A stretch of 64,000 nucleotides of DNA from Sumerlaeia bacterium (GCA_040219255.1 JAVJSW010000046.1:1-64000); one strand, 5' to 3'; counted from the first letter of the stretch, positions 1 to 9,350 are shown. Notes: generated by a model not told the origin, from the letters alone. Program-made: numbers and translations.

Positions 1-118
1 GGATTGCGCAGCCTGACCGGCAGGTACCTGATGCTCAGAGGAAACGAAACCGCCGGATGCGACATCGCACGTCCGGTGGTGTGAGAGGGGGGCAGGGCGA
101 CCTACCCCCCTACTCGAT
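1..118 (+). mobile_element. 3' end of a group II intron, class IIC-like (end of RT ORF, domains V and VI)
   Basis: ACCGCCGGATGCGACATCGCACGTCCGGTGGTGTGAGAGGGG folds as a short DV with the CGC triad typical of IIC. It is followed by DVI ending CCCCCCTACTCGAT. Frame 1 reads GLRSLTGRY..., like a maturase C-terminus, and stops at 82-84. The 3' boundary is 118 or 119. Confidence 0.85.
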
Positions 119-653
119 TTATGCGGTTGCTGTAGCGGCTGTTTAGGTCTTTCCGCTTCCCTTCATAGAGCACACAGAACGACGTCACGAGGAAGTACGT
201 GACAGTCCCTCGGACCTGCTGCCTTTCCAGTACGACCACGAAGTCGAAATCCTTCAGCCAGACATAGGTCCTGATCGTCGTCCCCTTGCGCGTCGCTTCC
301 TCGTAGTCCCAGCTTACGATCTCCGGCTCATCGCAGTTCTCGATAGAGGCTCTTGTCCACGGAAGACAACCCGCCCGTTTCAAGTCCGGGAGGCGCTCTT
401 TCTCTTTCTTCTTGGTTTCCCTGTTTTCGACCCACTGATCACGCGTGACAAGGTGCCAGAAGCCTTCTTCCTTACCCTGCCCCATAGCCGGATCGATGCG
501 CGAGTTGTGCTTCACGCGACAACCTCGAAAGATTGGCTCAGAAACCTTGAAATCACGGGTAAAAATCTGGTAGAGCGACGAGAGAAAAGCGTACCAGTCC
601 CCACTGAAAGGGAGGGTGGCAGGCAACCAGGCGGGCGGTGTTGGTGACTTCAC
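102..653 (-). CDS. Small protein resembling phage P1 RlfB-like / RelE-PBECR-fold proteins
   Basis: Motifs EEGFWHLVT, ERLPDLKR, YVWLKDFDFVVVLE, YFLVTSF. Its GTG start overlaps the upstream TGA (GTGA). The last codons derive from the intron antisense strand. Confidence 0.6.
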   Translation of the reverse strand: MKSPTPPAWLPATLPFSGDWYAFLSSLYQIFTRDFKVSEPIFRGCRVKHNSRIDPAMGQGKEEGFWHLVTRDQWVENRETKKKEKERLPDLKRAGCLPWTRASIENCDEPEIVSWDYEEATRKGTTIRTYVWLKDFDFVVVLERQQVRGTVTYFLVTSFCVLYEGKRKDLNSRYSNRINRVGG

Positions 654-3600
654 AGCAGCAGGCCCTCCTGGTCGTGCAGCGTCTCCGCGATGAAGCGTTC
701 AGAACCAGGTGGGCTGTCCATAGACAGGGGGAAGCCGAGGGCGGCTTCGAGGTGCTCCACAAGTTCCCGCTTCGCCTTCGACTCTTCTGGCCTGCGCGGC
801 TTGCGGGCGAAACCGACTGCTCCGAGGAGGAGGTCGCAGACCTGGAGGAGGCGCACCTCGTGGCTCCGGATGTGCTGAAGTTCGATCGACTTCTCCACCA
901 TGTCTCCCGCGTCCGCGTGAAGGCGCTCTTCCAGCTCTCGCAGCTTATCCCTGCCCCGCGTGTCCTTCAGGTCGAGGAATGCCCGGTAGCGGTTGTCCGG
1001 CTCGATGGAGTTCCGGAGGAAGTCGAAGTAGAAGCGGTAGTAGAGGTGGTCCTTGGCATCCTCGGGCAGCTTCGCGAACGCCTTCTGCTTGTCGGGCAGC
1101 AGCTTCGTACGAAAGCGAAGCTGATCGATTGCGAGGAACCAGTCGAGCAGCGCCCTGTAGAAGGGCAGCGCTCCCTTGCCGACCTTGGTCCACTTGGCCT
1201 CGAAGTCCTTCGCCATGCCGTGCTTCTTCCATAGCGTTTCCAGATCGTCCAGCGCACCGCGCGTCGCTTCCTCGGGGCAGACGAGCATCCCGAGCAGCAG
1301 GTTCGGCTCCTCGTCGTGGGGCAGGTGCGCGGACTCGTCGCAGTAGAGGCGAAGGTGCTGCCGTTCCACCAGTTGCTCTTCTGCTTTCCCCTCTTTCGCG
1401 GCCAGGGCGCGGCGCTGTGCCTGCGCCAGCTTCGGATACCGGCGAGCATACCAGTTTTCCACCTCGCGGATGTCAGAGGCATCGAAACCGTACGCCTGGT
1501 AGACGAGGTGGTCGATCTCGATCTGCTCTACGACGCTAAAGTCGTAGTCGGGCGACCGTCCCAGCTTCTGAAGGATGTTCGTGACGAGGCGGCCTATCTC
1601 GGGAAGAGGAGTGGCGAGAATCGGTATATCCTCGATTAGGGAGTCGGTAGCGTCGACACCGTGAGATAGATATGACTTTACCAGATAGCGAGTGGGGAGC
1701 GAGCACAGGATTCCCAAAAGACTGTACATCTGTGCGCTGCCCACGAAGAGTGTTGCACCCTTCTGTCCAAACACTTTTCCGCAACCGACACGAAAGGTAG
1801 GTGCATATACCCCCGTCACGGAGTAAGTTATCCCAGCTTGAAAGTATCGGTGTCTGTTCCGAAGTCCGTTGACTGAGGCAAAGTAGGTCACAGCTTCTCT
1901 GGACCAATCGATGTAAAACTCGGGAGGCTTATAGTACTGAACTAGGCGTCCGTCCCCGGTGATCATCTTCCCGCTTTTGTCAAACTCGACGAACCTCGGG
2001 GTTGAAGCGGTGACCAGCGCAATGCCACGCTCTTGTTCTTCTTGCGTGAGTCGTCGACGGACGATAAGGTGTTCATCCACTTTCTGATAGCGACCGGAGC
2101 CAGTCGCTGACCGGACATAGGAATCATTGTCATACGTCTTCACTCCTCCGACAACCTCGGCGATGCTACCCAGCTTGAGAATCGTAACCGACCGTCCGCT
2201 TAGCGTCACTGACCTACCTGAGGCAGCTCTCCCTCCGAACTCCACGCGAGAGGTCGGAGCAGCCGTATCGTTCATCAAAGCAAAGAGCTTCGGCGACGCT
2301 ACGTAGAAGGGGATGTTGGTGTTGGTGCCGATGAGCGACTGTTTGTAGTAGTAGATCGCGTAGGTCTGGTTGGCGATGCTCTGGCGGCGGGCGAAGCCCT
2401 CGGTCTGGAAGAGGATGTGAAGGAACCGCTCGTACTGATCGTGGATCGAGAGGTTCGTCAGGTCAGCCATCTGGCAGACCTGATCCGCCGTGGCGCCACC
2501 TCGTTGCAGAAGGACGACCGCGCAGTTGACCGTGGCCCTGAAGGTATCGCCGGAGACGCGAAGCATCTTGTGGATGCGATGCCCGAGGAGTTGCTGGCGC
2601 AGGGGTTTGTGGGTCTTGATGGTCATGAAGGTGTCGCTGACGATGAAGGCGAGGACACCATCGTTCGCGAGGGGACCCTGGTCGGAGCCCATGAAGCGAG
2701 CCATGAACGCGCCGTAGGGGTCCTTCGAGCCGAGGCCCAGCCGATCCTTCATCGCATCGGGGATCTTCGTGCCGCCATAGGGTGGGTTGCCGATGACGAT
2801 GTGGAAGGGGGCCGTTCGCGTATGGCCTGCTTCCGCAACGAGTTCGGGGAAGAAGGAATCGACATCGAAGAAGGGAGCGGCGACGGTGGCGTGCTTGAAC
2901 CACTCGGCGAACCAGTGCTTGTCCTGCTCGTGACGTAGTCCTTCGTTGGCGGGCTTGATGCCCCGTACCTGCTCTGCAAAGCCAGGGTAAAGCCGCGCCA
3001 AAGCGTCGCCGATCTCCTGGGCGAGTTCGTCGCGGCGTTCCTGGGTGGTGCCAGGTTCGTAGTACTCTTCCCGTGCCTCCCGCAGCTTCTCCATCGTGCT
3101 GGCGGCCAGCATGTCGTGTTCGCCGTCTTCGAGGGAGTTACAGCAGAGAAGGTTCGTTTCCAGGTTTGGCAGAGGCTGGAGGCCGTAGTTGTGGCTGCGG
3201 TCAGCGGGCGAGACTTCTTGCTCGATCACGAGGGTGAGGAAGAAGCGAAGCTTGGCGATGAGGGCCGCGAGGGGCTGGATGTCGAGGCCATAGAGGTTCT
3301 TCTGGATCAGGCCGAGCTTACGCAGGTAGTTGTAGCTCTTCTGTTCCATCCCGCGAGCGGCATCTTCCCGCATGGCACGGGGGAGACGGGCGAGCAGGCG
3401 GCGCTTCCAGCGTTCGTTGTCCGGGTCGACCAGGGCGAGAAGTTCCACAATGCGATGCAGCATGCCCATAGGAAAGGCGCCTGAGCCCACCGCAGCATCC
3501 AATACGCGTACTTCATCCAGAAAGGCCACGACCCTCTCCGCGATCGGTGAGAAGTCCACGATGCCATCGGCGCGATAACAGAGCTGGGAGAGGAGCAGGA

Positions 3601-5185
3601 GGTCTTGCTTTGTCGCACCATCCTTCTCGAAGCGAGTCCTGAGGTGAAGGTGAAGCGCCTCGTTGACCATGTAATCGACGATGCGGCGGGGGGTGTAGTA
3701 GGAGCCCGAGGCCTTTCGGGCGCTCTCCGCAGCGGCATCGTCCGTCGGATCGATCTCGGCGAGGAGGTTCTCGAACACGAGGCCGAGCAGTTCTGGGTCG
3801 AGAGCGACGTCTTCTTCGAGGGGCGTGTTCTCAGCCACCGTGAAGCGATACCGGTCGAAGATGCGGTTGATGCCCTCTACAGAGCGGTTCTTCTTCCCCT
3901 TTCCACCTGCCGAAACAGTGAAGCCTTCATCTCTGGTGGCGTAAAACAGCTTGTTGGGGACCTTGAATGGAGTCCGTTCCACGTGGGTGAACTGGAGGTT
4001 GTCTTCGGGAAGAGCATCGAAGAGCCCGCCGTTGAGGTAAGGGATACGGTCGAGGAGGTCGTAGTCGAAGTCCTCCGGGAGGTTCTGCTTCCCGACGTAC
4101 GCGAGCTTAGCCAGCTTGGGGTCCGACGTTTCCGGGTCGTTCTTGGCCTGCGCGGCGGGCTTGCGCCGTTTGTCCATGGGGCAGTTGAGGGCCTTGAAGA
4201 AGATGTTCTGAAGGATGCCCCGGTAGTACTCGTTGGAGTTGCCGAAGCCGCGCTTGCTCGCCACCTTCGTCAGGATACGTGGCCGATCCGCCGCATCGTA
4301 AAGTTCGAGGAGTTCGCCAGGGATGAGGCGCATCTCCTTCAAGAACCAGGAGAACAGGAGGCGGCAGATGAGCCGGACGGTGAACTCTTGCGTGGCTCGC
4401 GTCCGGTTTGCAGACGTGTCGGGAACATGGTCGGGAAGACAAGCGAGCTTGATCTCGCCGTTCGCCCAGGTAAACCAGTCCACAAGCTCGCGATAGAAGC
4501 GAAGGTTGAGCTCCTGTGTCGAGAGGAGCTTCTGCCAGGCGGTATCAAGGTCATTGAAGGACCTGAGGGCACCCGACTCCTCCTTCAGGCGGGTGACGGA
4601 GAAGCGGTCGAGAAGGTCGAGGTGAGCCCGGTGCGGATGGTCGCAGGAGATGTTTCGGATCAGCGAGACCCTGGTCAGAACGTCACGGGAGCCGTCCTTC
4701 ATGTTCTTGCGCCGGTTGATCACAGCCAGGGAGATGCACTTGCCATGCTTGAAGAGGACCAGTACCGGCATGGGCACGAGGCGGTTGATGGCTCTCGTGA
4801 TCTTGCTCAACTCAGTTCGTGACGGCGCTGCACCATCGGCAGGGACCTCCAGCTCCACGGCGAAGAAGAGGTAGGACCGGATGTCCTTCGGCTCCCACGA
4901 CTCGGCGAGTTCGAGCGCAAGCTGTCCGCCGCTGCTCTTGCTAATCTCGCCCTCGGTGAGCTGGAAGAGCATGTGGACGGACTTCCAGCGACCGAGTAAG
5001 GCAGTCTCGTCGTCGAGGTAACCACCGGTGTCCAGCTTGTCCCTGAGGTCCTTCACCGAATCGATGCGGAGGCGCTTCTTTGAGACGTATCCCAAGTCGG
5101 TGAAGAACGCGAGAGAGGCCTCGTACAAGGGCTTATTGAGGAAAGCAGCGAGGGCTTTGTTCATCGTGTTGGGGTTCCCGTTCAT
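650..5185 (-). CDS. Type IIG/Eco57I-like N6-adenine DNA methyltransferase with TRD and C-terminal DUF3800-like domain
   Basis: YLNGGLF, GSYYTP, motif I LDAAVGSGAF and motif IV IGNPPY. The C-terminal ~235 aa begin LYCDESAHL and include EAKWTKV and LLQVCDLLLGAV. Confidence 0.85.
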   Translation of the reverse strand: MNGNPNTMNKALAAFLNKPLYEASLAFFTDLGYVSKKRLRIDSVKDLRDKLDTGGYLDDETALLGRWKSVHMLFQLTEGEISKSSGGQLALELAESWEPKDIRSYLFFAVELEVPADGAAPSRTELSKITRAINRLVPMPVLVLFKHGKCISLAVINRRKNMKDGSRDVLTRVSLIRNISCDHPHRAHLDLLDRFSVTRLKEESGALRSFNDLDTAWQKLLSTQELNLRFYRELVDWFTWANGEIKLACLPDHVPDTSANRTRATQEFTVRLICRLLFSWFLKEMRLIPGELLELYDAADRPRILTKVASKRGFGNSNEYYRGILQNIFFKALNCPMDKRRKPAAQAKNDPETSDPKLAKLAYVGKQNLPEDFDYDLLDRIPYLNGGLFDALPEDNLQFTHVERTPFKVPNKLFYATRDEGFTVSAGGKGKKNRSVEGINRIFDRYRFTVAENTPLEEDVALDPELLGLVFENLLAEIDPTDDAAAESARKASGSYYTPRRIVDYMVNEALHLHLRTRFEKDGATKQDLLLLSQLCYRADGIVDFSPIAERVVAFLDEVRVLDAAVGSGAFPMGMLHRIVELLALVDPDNERWKRRLLARLPRAMREDAARGMEQKSYNYLRKLGLIQKNLYGLDIQPLAALIAKLRFFLTLVIEQEVSPADRSHNYGLQPLPNLETNLLCCNSLEDGEHDMLAASTMEKLREAREEYYEPGTTQERRDELAQEIGDALARLYPGFAEQVRGIKPANEGLRHEQDKHWFAEWFKHATVAAPFFDVDSFFPELVAEAGHTRTAPFHIVIGNPPYGGTKIPDAMKDRLGLGSKDPYGAFMARFMGSDQGPLANDGVLAFIVSDTFMTIKTHKPLRQQLLGHRIHKMLRVSGDTFRATVNCAVVLLQRGGATADQVCQMADLTNLSIHDQYERFLHILFQTEGFARRQSIANQTYAIYYYKQSLIGTNTNIPFYVASPKLFALMNDTAAPTSRVEFGGRAASGRSVTLSGRSVTILKLGSIAEVVGGVKTYDNDSYVRSATGSGRYQKVDEHLIVRRRLTQEEQERGIALVTASTPRFVEFDKSGKMITGDGRLVQYYKPPEFYIDWSREAVTYFASVNGLRNRHRYFQAGITYSVTGVYAPTFRVGCGKVFGQKGATLFVGSAQMYSLLGILCSLPTRYLVKSYLSHGVDATDSLIEDIPILATPLPEIGRLVTNILQKLGRSPDYDFSVVEQIEIDHLVYQAYGFDASDIREVENWYARRYPKLAQAQRRALAAKEGKAEEQLVERQHLRLYCDESAHLPHDEEPNLLLGMLVCPEEATRGALDDLETLWKKHGMAKDFEAKWTKVGKGALPFYRALLDWFLAIDQLRFRTKLLPDKQKAFAKLPEDAKDHLYYRFYFDFLRNSIEPDNRYRAFLDLKDTRGRDKLRELEERLHADAGDMVEKSIELQHIRSHEVRLLQVCDLLLGAVGFARKPRRPEESKAKRELVEHLEAALGFPLSMDSPPGSERFIAETLHDQEGLLL

Positions 5186-8100
5186 GTTGTTGCCTTCTTG
5201 ATCACCAGCCAGGTTACGAGCTCGAAGTCCTCGGAGTCGTTGGCCTGTTCGTCTTCATCCGGGAGGACGAAGCTACGGCTGTCCTGAAGCCCGGAGGCGA
5301 GGCGGTGCTGGAAGGTTGCGACGATGGCGTCGATGCAGCGCTGAAGGAGCTTGTCGTAATGGCTCATGTCACGCCCGTCGTTGGTTGCCTGATCAAACAA
5401 GGCGCACAGTTCATCGTAAGGCACCGTCTTCTCCGAGCAGAGCTGCCGGTAGATGTTCAGGATCTGCTTGGGGTGGACGAAGTTCAGGCGCACGTTGCCA
5501 TCGCTGTGAACGTAGACCAGGTAGAACGGTTGCAGCGGGTTGATCTTCTCGCCCGAGGAGTGATCCACGGACTTCGCCTTCTGGCGGAGGCAGTAGATGA
5601 CACCAGGCTGGATCGTCGTCACGAGATCGGAGACCGAGGGGACGAGCGTATACAGGCCAAATGGGGCATCTTCGAGAGCCTGTCGGTTGGCCTCCAGGAA
5701 CTTCAGCAGCTCGATCCGGAAGTCATCCAGGTTGAACTCGGTGAGGCTGATGGTCTCGTCGAGATCTTCGAGGTCGAGTACTTCATCACGGAGCCGCTTG
5801 AGCTGACGATCACGGTATCGCAGATCCTCGGTGATGAGGTCCTCCAACTCTTGCTGGAGAAGGTTGTCTTCCTGGGTAGCCGAAACGTCGACCAAGGCCA
5901 TGCGGGCTTCGACCCGGTGCTTCAGGTTGATGTAGTTTTCCAGGTTCTTCGTCGGCCAGAAGTTGATGAGCTGGATGGCGTCGTTCCGGGACCCGATGCG
6001 GTCGCATCTTCCGAATCTTTGAATTATGCGTACGGGATTCCAATGAACGTCCGCGTTTACCACGGTATCGCAATCCTGTAGGTTCTGGCCTTCGCTGATG
6101 CAGTCTGTCGCGATCAGGAGGTCGATCTCGCCTTCCTGGGGCATGGACACGATCTTGTCGCGCTTCTTGGCCATGGGGGCGAAGTTGGTGAGGATGCGGT
6201 CGAACTCCTCCTGCCTGGAGAAGCCCTTGGGCCTGTAAGTAGTCTGACAGCCCCCTCCTCCAACGACCAGCGCGGAGTGGATGCCGAGCTCCTCAATAGC
6301 CCACTCATGAAGGTTCTTGTAGAGGTACCGTGCTGTGTCAGCGAAGGCGGTGAAAATGAGGATCTTCCGGTTCGGCTTCCCTTCACGGTTGATTGGAGGA
6401 TTACGGACCTTTGCACTGATGATTTCACGGAGACGTTGAAGCTTGAGATCTCGGTCTGGCGTGACGTCCTTGGCCTGAATGTACAGAAGGTTGAGCTGCT
6501 GCTTATCCTCATGAAGGGCCCGGAGCCACTTCTCCACGTTGAGGTAGGCGACCTTGTAACGCAGCTTTTTGCCAACCTCCAGGGCATCGCGGACCTCATC
6601 GTCTTCATCCCCGGCAAGATCTTCTGGGGCAACTTCAGCCAGATCGAGGTCAGGGAAGTCTTCTTGGAGGCGCAGGAACTTCTCCAGACGGGCCTCCAGC
6701 TTCTCAATCTTGTCGATGGTCCGCTCCATGGTGAGAGCGAACGAGTAGACGGAGCTTTCCAGGCGTTTGAGGAAGTTCACCTTCATCATGCCGATGAGGA
6801 AATCCTCACGTTGGGCCTGGGTGAAGTTGCCGACCCGGCGTGTGTATTCGTCTATCACTTCCTTGGGCAGGTCTGGCTTCAGGAAGGTAGATGGCTTGAA
6901 GAGGGAGAGCTTGTACTGGTCGATCTCCTCGCTGAGGCGGTCGTAAGGCAAGAAGCGGCCCTTGGCGTCGATGTCGGGACTCTCCGTTTGAGGCTTGAGC
7001 CTCCTCGGAAACTTGCCGAGACGCTCCATCTCGTGAGAGTAGTACTTCTGAACATGCTTCCTGGCGCGAGCGATGGTGAGGCCGTCGAGGATCTTGAAGA
7101 AGTCGCTGCCAAGGCGGCTGAGAAGCTCTGAGACCCGGCGTTCCTCCGGCTTGAGCTTCGACCAGGCCGTGAAGTGCCCCTGGGCTTTGCGTAGGGTTTC
7201 TTTCAGGTCGGGGATGCCAGAGTTGGCGAAGTAGTCATCCTCCCCAGCGGAGATGAAATAGAGCTGGTTGCGCAGATCCTTGAGATCATTGTTCACTGGT
7301 GTTGCCGACAGGAGGAGAACCTTGGTCCGCACACCTGACTGGATGATGTCCTCCATGAGCCGCATGTACCGGCTCTTCCTGATGATGTTGCCGTCCTCGT
7401 CCTTTTTCCCAGGAAGGTTGTTCCGGAAGTTGTGCGATTCGTCGATCACCACGAGGTCGTAGTTGGCCCAGTTCAGGGTCTCCAGATTGATGTCGCCACT
7501 GTAGCCGGACTGACGGCTCAGGTCAGTGTGAGAGAGCACATCGTACCTGAATCTGTCCTTCTCGAAGGGGTTCAGGACATCGTTGCTTCTGTAGACCGTC
7601 CAGTTGCCGCGGAGCTTCTTCGGGCAAAGGACCAGCACCCTCTCGTTTCTCAGCTCGAAGTACTTGATGACGGCCAGGGCCAGGTACGTCTTGCCCAGGC
7701 CCGTGGAATCGGCTACAACGCAGCCGTTGTGGCGCAGGATCTTGTTGATGGCTCCCTTTACGCCGTCCTTCTGAAACTCGAAGAGGGTCTTCCAGATCTC
7801 CGTGTCGAAGAGCGTGGTGCGCCCCAGATCCAGGTCCGTCTTGTCGGCCCCATCGAGGTAGGACTTGAAGATTTCGTAGAGGGTCTTGAAGTAGATGAAC
7901 TCAGGGCTGTGGTTCTGATAGATCTGTGCGAGGTATTGAAGAACGTCGTCTTTCACGTCCTTGGTAAGCTGGTTGCTATTCCAAAGATCGTTGAACCATG
8001 CCTTCAGATCCCGCCGATCACGATCGCTGTCCACGATGAGGTTGAGTTCGATGTTTCCGCCACTGCTGCTGAGCCCAAGCCCAGCAGTCGTGAAGTTGCT

Positions 8101-8523
8101 GCTACCAAGCAGTGCGGATTCGGTCCCCCCGCGAGTGACGTGATACATCTTCCCGTGTAGCAGGTTGAGCTGTCGGACGGACCTGATGGCGACTTTGTCA
8201 CGAATCCAGTCGGCGCATTCCTTCGCGACGCGCTTCTGCTGGAGGACGTTCGCGAGCCGAAGACCGTTGGAGTCCAGGACGAAGGACTTCTTCTCCGTCC
8301 GATCAGGATCCAGGTGGGTCACGAACCTGGGCTCACCGAACAGGAAGCGGAGGTGATCGATCGAATCCAACTCGGTCTTCAGGGCCTCGTAGGCGTAGAC
8401 CGTGAAAAAGGCCGAGACGATCGAGAGGTCGCAACCAGGCTGAAGCTGCTCACGCAGGTAATCGCCGACGCAGCCGCGGGTGTGATTGTCCCTGATGCCG
8501 GAGATGAGTGTCCTGCTGTTCAT
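5182..8523 (-). CDS. PLD-family nuclease fused to SNF2-type SF2 helicase
   Basis: HxK motif LHGKMY...GSSNFT...NIELN. Walker A ADSTGLGKT, Walker B DESH, SATP, ATDCISEGQNLQ and QRFGRCDRIG. Confidence 0.9.
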   Translation of the reverse strand: MNSRTLISGIRDNHTRGCVGDYLREQLQPGCDLSIVSAFFTVYAYEALKTELDSIDHLRFLFGEPRFVTHLDPDRTEKKSFVLDSNGLRLANVLQQKRVAKECADWIRDKVAIRSVRQLNLLHGKMYHVTRGGTESALLGSSNFTTAGLGLSSSGGNIELNLIVDSDRDRRDLKAWFNDLWNSNQLTKDVKDDVLQYLAQIYQNHSPEFIYFKTLYEIFKSYLDGADKTDLDLGRTTLFDTEIWKTLFEFQKDGVKGAINKILRHNGCVVADSTGLGKTYLALAVIKYFELRNERVLVLCPKKLRGNWTVYRSNDVLNPFEKDRFRYDVLSHTDLSRQSGYSGDINLETLNWANYDLVVIDESHNFRNNLPGKKDEDGNIIRKSRYMRLMEDIIQSGVRTKVLLLSATPVNNDLKDLRNQLYFISAGEDDYFANSGIPDLKETLRKAQGHFTAWSKLKPEERRVSELLSRLGSDFFKILDGLTIARARKHVQKYYSHEMERLGKFPRRLKPQTESPDIDAKGRFLPYDRLSEEIDQYKLSLFKPSTFLKPDLPKEVIDEYTRRVGNFTQAQREDFLIGMMKVNFLKRLESSVYSFALTMERTIDKIEKLEARLEKFLRLQEDFPDLDLAEVAPEDLAGDEDDEVRDALEVGKKLRYKVAYLNVEKWLRALHEDKQQLNLLYIQAKDVTPDRDLKLQRLREIISAKVRNPPINREGKPNRKILIFTAFADTARYLYKNLHEWAIEELGIHSALVVGGGGCQTTYRPKGFSRQEEFDRILTNFAPMAKKRDKIVSMPQEGEIDLLIATDCISEGQNLQDCDTVVNADVHWNPVRIIQRFGRCDRIGSRNDAIQLINFWPTKNLENYINLKHRVEARMALVDVSATQEDNLLQQELEDLITEDLRYRDRQLKRLRDEVLDLEDLDETISLTEFNLDDFRIELLKFLEANRQALEDAPFGLYTLVPSVSDLVTTIQPGVIYCLRQKAKSVDHSSGEKINPLQPFYLVYVHSDGNVRLNFVHPKQILNIYRQLCSEKTVPYDELCALFDQATNDGRDMSHYDKLLQRCIDAIVATFQHRLASGLQDSRSFVLPDEDEQANDSEDFELVTWLVIKKATT

Positions 8524-8729
8524 TCGTCCTCTCCTTCGGCTTGGGCATCGGGCGCACCCGCCTTACCAGATTTGACCCAGGCGTCGATCTCGTCGGGATC
8601 CAGCCTCCATAGCCTGCCAACACGATGGGCGGGTAGCCCGCGCTGGTGGATCCAGGCGTACACGGTATCCGTCGCAATGCCCAAGTGGGCCGCGGCCTCA
8701 GGAACGGTCAGCCATCGTTGCTCTGCCAT
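8520..8729 (-). CDS. Excisionase-family (HTH_17) DNA-binding protein, 69 aa
   Basis: WLTVPEAAAHLGIATDTVYAWI...LPAHRVGRLWR...EIDAWV. The stop overlaps the helicase ATG (ATGA). Start reassigned to ATG 8729. Confidence 0.85.
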   Translation of the reverse strand: MAEQRWLTVPEAAAHLGIATDTVYAWIHQRGLPAHRVGRLWRLDPDEIDAWVKSGKAGAPDAQAEGEDE

Positions 8730-8835
8730 GGAGGATCTTGGCCCTTGGAAATCGGGGTGAAACCCAGTACTGAACCGACGAGACCCGATGAGGACAGAGT
8801 GGGCAAGGAAGATCACAGGCAACAGGAGGCTTACC

Positions 8836-9350
8836 ATGGCGAAGAAGCGGAGGCGAGCAACGGTGCCGGAGTACATGGACTACTACGTCCAGATGGAGCA
8901 CTGGACACCCCAGATTGGCTTGGGAATCGACCACTGCCGAGCTTGGCAGAAGCCGTACTGGGAGGACTTCGGCGTGAAGATCCAGGGCCGGATGTTGGCA
9001 CCGCAGGCGGTGAGGAAGTTCGTGGTCAGAGGTGTGGCGGTCGAGGTGACCATCAGCGGGTCCCGGTGGATCAGTCGGATCATCACTGAGGCAGAAGAGA
9101 AGTGGGATGACCGAAAGCCCACGGGGTGGGCACTATGCAGGGGCTGAAGAGGTCGGGGGTGCCGTGGGCGCTGCTCTCCGCACCGATGGAGCAACTCCCC
9201 ATCATTGTGACGCTGCTCTGCCAGGAACGGGTTCGGTACCTTCACCTTCGCGGGGCACCCCTTCTCCGAGGAAGCGCGAATATCGAGGCATGGGATTTGA
9301 AGGAGGGGCTGGATCCCGACGATGACCCAGATGTGGAGCCACTGGATTAG
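8836..9350 (+). pseudogene. Hypothetical protein split by a 1-nt frameshift (or sequencing indel)
   Basis: AGGAGG RBS before ATG 8836. Adding one G to the GGGG at 9123-9126 joins ORFs 8836-9147 and 9126-9350 (...KPTGVGTMQG...). Confidence 0.55.

Noticed and set aside
650-8523. DISARM or BREX assignment
   Set aside because: No drmA/drmB or pglZ/brxC genes are present in the operon, which is closed on both sides within the window.
8730-8876. N-terminal extension of the HTH ORF, and similar extensions on vat, cydB, clpB, hsp20, rpsN and ABC genes in the ORF track
   Set aside because: Internal ATGs with an RBS or stop/start overlap match the family N-termini better.
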